From contig CAWEMM010000009.1 of assembly GCA_963810095.1 (NCBI GenBank), positions 640,001-704,000 of the forward strand: 64,000 nucleotides of DNA, written 5' to 3'. The notes beneath the pieces were generated by a model that did no database searches, had not been told where the DNA came from, and saw only the letters and a program-made list of their open reading frames with translations. The number at the start of each line of letters is the position of its first letter. Position 1 is the stretch's first letter. This stretch comes from an uncultured Chloroflexia bacterium. Lineage in GTDB: Bacteria; Chloroflexota; Anaerolineae; CG2-30-64-16. This document shows, piece by piece, positions 53,661 through 62,315 of this stretch. Position numbers and translations under genes: made by a program.

Positions 53661-54935
53661 ATGAGCCGGAACGGACGGCAACAAGAAGACAAAATCGCGC
53701 TGGTCCTTGCGGGCGGCGGGATGACGGGCGCCGTGTACGAGATCGGTGCGCTGCGCGCCATTGACGACCTCCTCGTGGACCGCTCGGTCAACGATTTTGA
53801 CATCTACGTGGGCACCAGCGCGGGCGCGATCGTCGCCTCCTTCATCGCCAACGGCGTGACGCCGGCCGACATGTACCGCGCGATCGCCGGCGAACACCCG
53901 GACCTTCCCGCCTTGCGCCGCGAGCACGTCTTCAGCTTCAACTACCGGGAGTTTGCCCGCCGTGGCATTGCGCTGCCCGCCAAACTGGCGGCCGCCGTCG
54001 GCGACTACGTGCTCGACCGCCGCAACAGCACCTTGGTCGACACCCTGTGGAGCCTGACCGACGTCCTGCCTTCCGGCCTGTACGACGGCCGGGCGCTCGA
54101 GCGCTACATGCGCGAGGCGCTGCGCGACACCGGCAAGTCGAACAACTTCGACACGCTGACCAAAGAGCTCTTTATCGTGGCGACAGACCTGGCCTCGGGA
54201 TCACGTGCGGTGTTCGGCCCTGACGACGACCGGCAGTGCCCGATCTCGCTCGCCGTCGCCGCATCCACCGCGCTGCCGATCGTTTACAAACCCGTCATGA
54301 TCGAGGGCCGTGAGTATGTGGACGGCGGGCTGGGCGGGACGGCCAGCCTCGACATTGCCATCGAACACGGGGCGACGCTGGTGGTGTGCGTGAACCCGCT
54401 GGTGCCGTACGATGACCGCACGGCCCAACCGGCCCGCTCGGGCGGCGAGACGCAGACCTTCACGCGCCGCGGTCTTTCGGCAATTGCCTCGCAAGTCTCC
54501 CGCATCACGGTCTATGCGGGGCTGCGCTACCATATCAAGCAGCTCCGCCGGCAGCACCCCGAGGTGGATATCATCCTGATCGAACCGCGGGCCGACGACC
54601 AGCTGCTGGCATTTGGCAACATCATGCGCTACGGCGAGCGCCTGGCGATTGCCCGGCACGGATTTGAGGCGGTGACGCTGGACCTGGCAGAGGATTACCA
54701 GAATTACAAAGAGACGCTGGCGCGCCATGGGGTGCCGCTGTCTCGCCGGCTGGTGATCGACGAGTTGCAGCAGATCGAGCGCTCGGGCAACAACCCCGAG
54801 GTGATCGAGCGCATCCTCGAGGCGAGCAAGCCGCGCTGCAACGAGGGCAACCGCAACTCCATCTTCTGCCGTCTCTCGGACGCGTTGTCGAGGCTGGAGT
54901 ACGAAATCGAAGCACGGGAGCCGCTGGCGGCGTAA
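53661..54935 (+). CDS. Patatin-like phospholipase / possible granule depolymerase
   Basis: LAGGGMTG, GTSAG, DGG motifs; long C-terminal helical extension. Confidence 0.85.
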   Translation: MSRNGRQQEDKIALVLAGGGMTGAVYEIGALRAIDDLLVDRSVNDFDIYVGTSAGAIVASFIANGVTPADMYRAIAGEHPDLPALRREHVFSFNYREFARRGIALPAKLAAAVGDYVLDRRNSTLVDTLWSLTDVLPSGLYDGRALERYMREALRDTGKSNNFDTLTKELFIVATDLASGSRAVFGPDDDRQCPISLAVAASTALPIVYKPVMIEGREYVDGGLGGTASLDIAIEHGATLVVCVNPLVPYDDRTAQPARSGGETQTFTRRGLSAIASQVSRITVYAGLRYHIKQLRRQHPEVDIILIEPRADDQLLAFGNIMRYGERLAIARHGFEAVTLDLAEDYQNYKETLARHGVPLSRRLVIDELQQIERSGNNPEVIERILEASKPRCNEGNRNSIFCRLSDALSRLEYEIEAREPLAA

Positions 54936-54947
54936 GGAGCGAGCCCT

Positions 54948-55043
54948 AATAGGACGCAGATTCTACTGATCGAATTGATCTGGCTGATCCCCGAATTTAG
55001 AGATCAGGCAAATCAGTCAGATCAGTACAATCTGCGTCCTATT
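54948..55043. repeat. Family B repeat copy
   Basis: 15-bp perfect terminal inverted repeat AATAGGACGCAGATT / AATCTGCGTCCTATT with periodic TGATC / ATCAG units inside. Confidence 0.8.
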
Positions 55044-55434
55044 CATTTCCGCGGACGATATCCGGATAGCATCTGCGGCTGACCGTGAACAGGTCGCCGA
55101 GCGAGAGCGCTTTCCAGATCGGGCCCTTGACCCGCATCTGCCCGTTGCCCAGCGCGGTTTTCAGACTCAGCTCGCCCAGCAGGATCTTGTGGAACGTGTC
55201 GGCCGACATTTCGATTTCGAGGTCGGGTTTCACGCCGTTTTCGCCGAACGTCGTGCGCACAGGTGTCTCGCGGCCATGGATCACGATGTCTGCCGCGGGC
55301 CCACTCGTGCGCATCAGGATGTTTATCTTGGACTTCCTGATCGCCTCTGTGGCGAGCGGGTAATTCTGCCGAACACACTCGAATAGCGCGCGCATGTTGG
55401 CATAATACGACTCAGAATCACTGTAGAACGGCAT
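55039..55434 (-). CDS. SCP2 sterol/lipid carrier-like protein
   Basis: PDLEIEMSADTFHKILLGELSLKTALGNGQMRVKG matches the SCP2 pattern; paralog of 57791-58222. Confidence 0.75.
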   Translation of the reverse strand: MPFYSDSESYYANMRALFECVRQNYPLATEAIRKSKINILMRTSGPAADIVIHGRETPVRTTFGENGVKPDLEIEMSADTFHKILLGELSLKTALGNGQMRVKGPIWKALSLGDLFTVSRRCYPDIVRGNE

Positions 55435-55452
55435 CAACCCCCCCGACTTTGC

Positions 55453-56670
55453 CTACCCCAGGAACACCGACCGGCGCTGGGCCAAGCGTTGGTAAATCAT
55501 ATCCTGCACGACGTTCCGGACCTGGTCCGTTAGCTGCGATACAAGAACGAGGTTGTTCGCAGCGTCCGGCCCGTACGGCGCCATCGGAATTGGCTGTCCG
55601 AAGTCGATGTACCACTTCGTCGGCAGCGGCACGAAGCCCAGCAAGCCAAGCCAGGGGAACGTAAGCGAGATCGGGAAGTACGGGAAACCGATGAGGCGCG
55701 CCATCGTCTGCGACTTGTACAGCGAGATGTACGTCTCCTCCGCGCCTACCACCGAGACCGGGATGATGGGTGCACCCGTGCGCAAGGCCATCTTCACAAA
55801 CCCGCCCCGGCCGAAGCGCGCCAGGCGGTACCTGTCACGGAAGAGCTTGCCGACACCCTTGTACCCCTCGGGGAACACCGCGACGAGGTTGCCTTCCTGC
55901 AGCAGCCGGGTGCCGTTGTCCACCGTAGCAAGCGCCTGTCCCATCTTTGTGAGCGTGGGCGAGATGAACGGCAGGGTAGGGAACCAGGTGGCGTAGAGCC
56001 CCCGCACGATGCGTTGCGAGGGGTGGTCCAGGTAGACGGACGTACCCAGCATCGCGCCGTCCCACGGCAGCTGTCCCGAGTGGTTCGACGTCAGCAGCGC
56101 CGCGCCTTCGTCTGGGATGTTGTCCAGGCCCGACGTCTCCACCCGCCAATAAGTACGGTAGAGGAAGCTGAGGAATGGCTGCAGCGCCCCCACGAACTCG
56201 GGGTCGAGCCCCCAGTCGTCGGTCTCATATTCGCCGCGTGCCCGCCGCTTCACCGTGTCGGCCTGTGACTGCAGCGAGTAGTTCACGACATACCAGATGC
56301 CCTTCCACGTATCCAGGTCGAGGAGGTCCGAGCTGACGGTGGAGCGGAGCTTCTCCAGGATGCCGCGCATGACGTCGGGCTGGAAGCGGGTGGCGTTCTC
56401 TTCCAGTAGGCGCAGGAGCGCTTGCGGCGAGAAGGGCGGCGCCTTATAGTCGGTTGTCGCTTCGACCCGGGCGATCAGGCGGTCAATCTCGCTCTGCAGC
56501 TCGGCTTGCGACGGCTCCCGGGCTGCCCGCGCAGGCGGTTCGGGCGCGGGTGCGCTTGCCGCGGTCACCTCGCCGGGGGCCATCTCTTCGGCCCCGAGCT
56601 CGTCCGATGTTTCGATCTTGTTCTCCTCGGGAAAGTCAGTCGCCTGGGGCGAAACCACCTCGTTGTTCAT
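55453..56670 (-). CDS. Lysophospholipid/glycerolipid acyltransferase (PlsC superfamily, Rv0502-like)
   Basis: DDWGLD, NHSGQLPWDG, FPEG, LARFGRGGFV, PIIPVSVVGAEE. Confidence 0.85.
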   Translation of the reverse strand: MNNEVVSPQATDFPEENKIETSDELGAEEMAPGEVTAASAPAPEPPARAAREPSQAELQSEIDRLIARVEATTDYKAPPFSPQALLRLLEENATRFQPDVMRGILEKLRSTVSSDLLDLDTWKGIWYVVNYSLQSQADTVKRRARGEYETDDWGLDPEFVGALQPFLSFLYRTYWRVETSGLDNIPDEGAALLTSNHSGQLPWDGAMLGTSVYLDHPSQRIVRGLYATWFPTLPFISPTLTKMGQALATVDNGTRLLQEGNLVAVFPEGYKGVGKLFRDRYRLARFGRGGFVKMALRTGAPIIPVSVVGAEETYISLYKSQTMARLIGFPYFPISLTFPWLGLLGFVPLPTKWYIDFGQPIPMAPYGPDAANNLVLVSQLTDQVRNVVQDMIYQRLAQRRSVFLG

Positions 56671-57768
56671 GCAACCTCCTCCCCGATGTCGTCAGTCATC
56701 ATTTCGGGCTCCTGCCCGTTTGACGGTATCTCGGGCGCACGCGCGCGCCGCCGCCGTTCGAGCGTGTCGCGCAGCCGCTCCTCGTCGTACTCCAGGCCCG
56801 GCGACGCCGGCCCGAGTTGTTCGAGCCGCTTGCGGCCCGCAAATTCGCGCAGCGCCTCGGCCGCCGTGTAGCGCGGGGCGAAACCCATCACGTAACGCAT
56901 CTTGGTCAGGTCGCCCACCCAGGGATAGCGCAGATAGTCGAGGTGCACCGGCCAGATGAGCTCGACCGGGAACTTGAGCGCAGACAGGATCGGATTGCCC
57001 CAGTACGCGGCGAGGTGAAAGACGGGCGGCGCGTGTTTGCCGGCCAGCCGGCGCAGCTTGCTGAAGGGCATGACGCCCTCGGCTGCCACGTTGAACACGC
57101 CCGGCACGTCCTGCTCGACCGCGCACACCAGCGCCTCGACGACGTCCTCCTCGTGAATCACCTGCATCAGCGGATCAAAACCCATCAGGACCGGCGCGAG
57201 CGGCGATGACAGAAAGCGCGGTCATGATCGTGTTCGCCGTCGGCCCTACGACGCCGGGGAAGCGCAGTACGGTCAGCGTGATCTCGGGGTATTGGGCGCG
57301 GAAGCCATTGCAGAATGCCTCGATCTCCACAAGGTCACGCAGCGAGCCGAGCTCGGGCTTAGCCGCCAGCCCCCGTTCTTCGGGCAGAAACGCGGAGTTA
57401 TCCGGCTTGGCGCCGTAAACCATCATGGTGCTCTTGACCACGATCTTCGTCACGCCCGCGGACGCGGCAGCGCCAAACACCTTCATGGTGCCCATGACGT
57501 TCACGTCGAACGCGGCCTCGCTCGGATGCTGGGTGTCGAGGAAGGCCAGGTGAACGATCGTGTTCACCCCTTCCTCGGCCAGCAGGTCGGCCAGCAGCGG
57601 ATTGCGGACATCGGCCTGGATGAAGTCGAGACCTTCGAGCGCCTCTTTTGGCGGTGCGGTGTCGACGCCGATCACGCGGATGCCGGGGATGGTCAGCAGG
57701 CGCGCGGCGACGTGGCTGCCCCAATACTCGCCCACCCCCGTGATGAGCACAGTCTGCTCGTTTGGCAT
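56667..57768 (-). CDS. NAD-dependent epimerase/dehydratase (extended SDR, Rv0501-like); frameshift near 57210
   Basis: LITGVGEYWG, VHLAF, NVMGT, VYGA, LRF, GFDPLMQVIHEEDV. Confidence 0.8.
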
Positions 57769-57790
57769 GGCGATCTCCTTCCTTCCCGCC

Positions 57791-58222
57791 CTATTTCATA
57801 ACCAGGTCGGCGTACCCCTTTTCGCGGAGCAGGTTCGGGTAGACCTTGTAGAGCGGTTCGACCGCGGGAAGCAGCTTCAGGATCTTCGGCAGCGGCCCCT
57901 GGAGGACGATGTCCTTCTTTGCCAGCGCGGCAAGCAGGTTGACCTTGCCATGCCAGAAGGCGTGCGCCACGTCGGCTCTCATCGACAGCACCGCATCCGG
58001 CTTCAGGCTGGTGGGACCGTTAAAGACGTCCGCAAACGCGCCGGGCTGCGTCGGCTTGTCCTTCGCATTGACGGTGGTGGTCGCATCCGGATCGGTATAG
58101 CGGAACTGGATGACAATCCCGGACGCGGCGATTTTCGGGCCAATGTGTGGGTCAACCTTCGCTCGGTTCATGAGTTCGCCCACCGTATCGTAGAACTGCG
58201 CGGTATCGCGAAAAACGGGCAT
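57791..58222 (-). CDS. SCP2 sterol/lipid carrier-like protein
   Basis: PDAVLSMRADVAHAFWHGKVNLLAALAKKDIVLQG. Confidence 0.75.
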   Translation of the reverse strand: MPVFRDTAQFYDTVGELMNRAKVDPHIGPKIAASGIVIQFRYTDPDATTTVNAKDKPTQPGAFADVFNGPTSLKPDAVLSMRADVAHAFWHGKVNLLAALAKKDIVLQGPLPKILKLLPAVEPLYKVYPNLLREKGYADLVMK

Positions 58223-58263
58223 GCTCTGCTCCTTACTCTGCTGAAACGGCCGAGGATCGCCTG

Positions 58264-58293
58264 ATTATAGCAACGGACACACAAGCGCGTCAA
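58264..58293 (-). promoter_or_regulatory. Promoter of the SCP2-SDR-acyltransferase-SCP2 operon
   Basis: Minus strand TTGACG-18 bp-TATAAT with extended TG. Confidence 0.6.
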
Positions 58294-58336
58294 GTGAATT
58301 TTGCGGCGGCCAGGTTGGCGAGGCCGCGACGGAGTA

Positions 58337-58386
58337 TTGACACGGTCTCACCCGTGTGCTATATTAGGCATGACGCAGTGCGTCAT
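58337..58386 (+). promoter_or_regulatory. Phasin-phaR promoter plus perfect palindromic operator
   Basis: TTGACA-17 bp-TATATT, then ATGACGCA-G-TGCGTCAT (58370-58386) over the expected transcription start. Confidence 0.75.
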
Positions 58387-58428
58387 CAGTTTTTCGCGGA
58401 GTACGCCTGGACCACGAAGGAGGTCTCG

Positions 58429-59265
58429 ATGGCGGAAGAAATGCTGAAGCCAAGCAATGGCGCCGGCGCTACCCACGAGCCCGTCAAGAAGGCCGCGCGG
58501 AAGCCACACAAAAAAGTGGAGGAAAACAAGATGAGTGAAGTTCAGGCCCCGGAGGCGGTCGCAGCAGAGGTCGAGAAGACGACTGAAGCGGCGGTGACGG
58601 CGGTGCAAGAGACGGAAGCGGCGGCCACCGAGGCAGTCGCAGCAGTTGAGGAAGCAAAGGTCCCGACGAACGGCCAGACCGCGGGAATCAACAAGATCGT
58701 CAAGGGCGCGACGGCGCAGGTCGAAAAACTACCGGGATCCAAGCAGGTGCGAGAGGCGGTGGGCAAAGTGGCGGATCAGGTTGGCAACAACGAGACGACG
58801 CAGAAGGCTGTGAAAGTCGTACGGGACGGCGTGCAGCAGGCCACTGACCAGGTGAAGCAGGGCGCACAGGACCTGGAGAAGAACCCGCTCGTCGTTGCCG
58901 CGCACAAGGTGCTGCTGGCCGGCATCGGCGCGGCTGCGCTGGCGCAAGAGGAGATCGAGGACTTCATCAACCGGCTGGTCGAGCGCGGCAGCATTGCCGA
59001 GTCCGACGGCCGCCGGATGGCGAAAGATGTGCTCGATCAGCGGCGCAAGCAGATGGAGCGGGCCGGCGAGAAGGCGCAGGAAGTGGCGACGGGCATGCGC
59101 TCGAGCGTGACCGAGGGCCCGAAGAAGATTGCCGACGACCTGGAGCAGCGGATCGAAGGCGTGCTCGCCCGCATGAACATCCCGACCAAGGAAGAGGTCG
59201 AGACGCTGACGTCGAAGATCACGGCGCTGACGCACAAGGTCGACGAACTCAAAAAGACCGAGTAA
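58429..59265 (+). CDS. Phasin family (PhaF/PhaI-like) granule-associated protein with long low-complexity N-terminus
   Basis: KVLLAGIGAAAL...FINRLVERG...G, and RMNIPTKEEVETLTSKITALTHKVDEL; RBS AAGGAGG. Confidence 0.8.
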   Translation: MAEEMLKPSNGAGATHEPVKKAARKPHKKVEENKMSEVQAPEAVAAEVEKTTEAAVTAVQETEAAATEAVAAVEEAKVPTNGQTAGINKIVKGATAQVEKLPGSKQVREAVGKVADQVGNNETTQKAVKVVRDGVQQATDQVKQGAQDLEKNPLVVAAHKVLLAGIGAAALAQEEIEDFINRLVERGSIAESDGRRMAKDVLDQRRKQMERAGEKAQEVATGMRSSVTEGPKKIADDLEQRIEGVLARMNIPTKEEVETLTSKITALTHKVDELKKTE

Positions 59266-59267
59266 CG

Positions 59268-59819
59268 ATGCCCGTCATCAAGCGCTACCCAAATCGCAAG
59301 CTATACGACACCGCGGCGAAGCAGTACGTCTCGCTCGAGGGCGTGGCGGACATGATTCGCCGCGGCGAGCCGGTGCAGGTCATCGACCACACCACCGGCG
59401 ACGACCACACCACGCTCATCCTGACGCAGATCATCGTCGAACAGGAGAAGCGTGGGTCGGGCTTCTTGCCCCTGGATGTGCTGACCGGGCTCGTGGAGGC
59501 GGGGGGCAATACCCTTGCCACCCTGCGACAGCGCTTGAGCGCGCCGCTGGATTTGCTGCACCAGGTCGACGACGAGATACAGGCGCGGGTCGACAAGCTG
59601 GTCAGCCTCGGCGATCTGGCGGAGGACGAGGGGCGGCGCCTGGCGCAGAAACTCCTTGCCCTCGGCGCCGCCGTGCGTGCCGACCGCGCCAAGCAGGATG
59701 AGGCGCTGGAGCGGGTGCTGCTGGCCCGCGGCGTGCCCACCCGCGACGACCTCGCCCACTTGTCGCAGGTGATCGACCAACTCACTGCGGAAGTGGACAG
59801 CCTGCGCCGCGAGCAGTAA
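59268..59819 (+). CDS. phaR: PHA synthesis regulator (PhaR-like DNA-binding domain) fused to a phasin-like C-terminus
   Basis: N-terminal IKRYPNRKLYDT...YVSL...MIR.G..VQVID..TGDD.T..ILTQII.EQE signature. Confidence 0.85.
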   Translation: MPVIKRYPNRKLYDTAAKQYVSLEGVADMIRRGEPVQVIDHTTGDDHTTLILTQIIVEQEKRGSGFLPLDVLTGLVEAGGNTLATLRQRLSAPLDLLHQVDDEIQARVDKLVSLGDLAEDEGRRLAQKLLALGAAVRADRAKQDEALERVLLARGVPTRDDLAHLSQVIDQLTAEVDSLRREQ

Positions 59820-59825
59820 AGAATC

Positions 59826-60029
59826 GGACGCAGATAACACGGATTCCCGCGCGTAGCGACGGGGCCGTCTGTGTTACCTGCGTCCTCGTTCGAAACAGAC
59901 ACTCACCCCGCGCGATAGACGGCGAGGGATAAGATGGGACACTGATGCAACTGATTGAACTGATCAGCAGCGTTTCTCGTGAAAGAAGATCGTGACAATC
60001 AGTCGGATCAGTTGAATCAGCGTCCCATT
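59826..60029. repeat. Two family B repeat copies in tandem
   Basis: GGACGCAGATAACACGG...CTGTGTTACCTGCGTCC and ATGGGACACTGAT...ATCAGCGTCCCAT. Confidence 0.7.
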
Positions 60030-60064
60030 CCACCCGTCGCTGTCTGAGAGCGTGGGGTGCAGGA

Positions 60065-61171
60065 TTATTCTGCCGCCATCCCCGCTGCGGCCACCGCCAC
60101 GCACTCGTCGTTGCGCAGCGTCATGCAGTTCACGCCCTGCACGACGCCTTCCTTTGCCGGCACCTCGTCGACCGCAAAACGGATGATCTTGCCGAGCCCG
60201 GAGATGGCGAACACATCGTCGCCGGGCCGGGCGAACGCCGCACCGACGAGACGGTCCGCCTTCATCGCCTGCTTCCCGCCGCTGCCCGGCGTCTTGTTGA
60301 GCGCAAACCCCGCCATTTGGCGCACCGTGCCCTTGCCATCGCCGGATAGGAGGAAGACGCCGTCCTCGGGCCGCACGCTGGCCACACCCACGACGGCATC
60401 GTCCGGATCGACGCGGATGCCGAGGCTCCCACGTACCGCCACCTGTCCCTCAGCGAAACGGATCCCCACGCCTTTCGCCGTCACGATGAACAGCTCGGCA
60501 GCCGCGTCTGACCAACATGCGGCCGCCGGCGCGCCACCCTCCCGAATATCGTAGAGGATCGTTCCCGGCTGGAGGTTGCGCCCGAAGACGTTGTAGCGCC
60601 ACCGGCGCACCTGCCCGCGTCGTGTCACGAGCGTCAGGTTCCCCGCGCCCGCATCAGGGGTGATCAGCGCGATCCGCTCGTCGCCGTTAAGCGGCACGCT
60701 CTTGCGGACGGACTCGCCCCGCCCGCGCACGGCTGACTCGGCCAGCTGGCCGACCGCCAGTGGAAATGCACGGCCGGCCGTCGTCACCACGATCAGCGAC
60801 TGGGCGGCGTCGGCCACGGCCAGAAATGCCGGCGGGTCACCGTCCGGCGCGTCGAGGTCGAAGACGCCCATGCCGCCCCGGCGCTGCCGGTCGTACAGGT
60901 GGCGCGGCGTGCGCTTTACAATGCCCGCCGCGGTCGCGGTGATGAGGTTCATGGTCGTCGGCGGTTCGCTGACCACCGACGTATCTTCCTCCGGCTCGGC
61001 CGGCGTTGCGGCAGACGCGCGCGCCGCCGGGGAGATGCGCGTGACCGGCTCGGCACGGGCTGCACGCGCTGCCTCGGCCTCGCGCAGGGTTTCCAGTTCC
61101 GTCTCCAGGTACTGGATATAGCTCAGGACCTCCAGGGGGAGGTTGGTCAGGTCAGGTCGTTCGGTCGGCAT
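60065..61171 (-). CDS. Stand-alone DNA gyrase A C-terminal beta-pinwheel domain protein
   Basis: Six blade repeats (T..G..KR/RF...G......L..DD); GyrA-box-like QRRGGMG; no breakage-reunion domain. Confidence 0.8.
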   Translation of the reverse strand: MPTERPDLTNLPLEVLSYIQYLETELETLREAEAARAARAEPVTRISPAARASAATPAEPEEDTSVVSEPPTTMNLITATAAGIVKRTPRHLYDRQRRGGMGVFDLDAPDGDPPAFLAVADAAQSLIVVTTAGRAFPLAVGQLAESAVRGRGESVRKSVPLNGDERIALITPDAGAGNLTLVTRRGQVRRWRYNVFGRNLQPGTILYDIREGGAPAAACWSDAAAELFIVTAKGVGIRFAEGQVAVRGSLGIRVDPDDAVVGVASVRPEDGVFLLSGDGKGTVRQMAGFALNKTPGSGGKQAMKADRLVGAAFARPGDDVFAISGLGKIIRFAVDEVPAKEGVVQGVNCMTLRNDECVAVAAAGMAAE

Positions 61172-61204
61172 CGGTGGGCGTGCCTTTCAAAGATCGTCAC
61201 GGCC

Positions 61205-62315
61205 TCAGGTCGCCGTGATCGTGCGGAGGCCCTCGGCGGTGGCAGGTGCGAAGCCGACCCCGAGTGCAGTACCAAGGGCGATGACCGCGGCCTGCGGCTC
61301 GCCTGCAAGTGTGGCGGCTGCCGCGGTCCCGTCATGGATCAGCCGGATGCGATATCGCATACCGGTGCGCTGCGCGACGGCCTCCGCCAGGTAGGGACGA
61401 ACGTCGGGCGCCAGCCGGCTCATCGTCGCATACGTGCCGTTGCCCAGCAGGCGTCCGCCGTCCACATAGGCCGCCATGCATAACATCATATCGTGCCCCA
61501 GGACCACGCCGGAGGCACTTGCGCGGCCGTGGGCGTCGCAGAGCGCATCGACGACAAAGGCTGCGTACTGCCTGCCCGCGGCCACGAGGTCCGGGTCGGG
61601 ATGCAGGTGCCAGTCGCCTATGACGGGGACGGGCGGCAGGTCCTCGTGCGCCACGATCGCATCGCCGCGGACGGTCAGCAGCGCCCGCTTGACGGAGGTA
61701 TGGCCGAAGTCGCAGCAGAGGACACGGCCGGCATCCGGGGGCAGGTAGCGGGCGGCGCCGAGAAGGGGCGCGTCCGAGCCGTAGGGGCTCAGGTCGACGG
61801 TGATTGCGCCGCCGTATCCGGCTGACTCAAGCCACCCGCGGGCTGCATCGAGGATGGTCGCACCGAGTTGTCCCGAGGTCAGTCCGCCGGCCAGCACGAC
61901 ATGGCGGATCGCCGCCCAGCGCTCCCAGTCCGCGGCGGTCCAGTCTGCGCGGGCGTCCCGGTTAACCTGGTCCCCGCGGTGCAGGGCCAGGAGGACGTGT
62001 CCGAGGTTGCGCCCCATCCGGACTGCGATCGCTTCGGCCGCAGCCCGCACCTGGGGCTCTGTGCTGCGCAAGGCTGGCGTCGACGAAGCGCGGCAGCCCG
62101 CTGCGCGTCGCCGGCCCGTCTTCAAGGAATGCTGCCGGCAGGTGGAGTGGTTCGGCGTGCTCACGGGCGTACCCCGTCAGGGCCAGCACCGACGCAAGAT
62201 GATAGGCGAGTTGGCCGCGGACCCCGTCGTCCATCGCGATACCGGGCAGGTCGACCACACGCACGCGGTTGACCGAAACATGCGAAGGGGTGAAGGGGAT
62301 CGGCGCGGCCGGCAT
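61205..62315 (-). CDS. ROK-family-like protein with circularly permuted motif order; frameshift near 62070
   Basis: Start overlaps the phosphatase stop (TGATG); VVLAGGL and DAPLLGAA come before CDFGHTSVK, IHDGTAAA and LGTALGVG. Confidence 0.7.
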
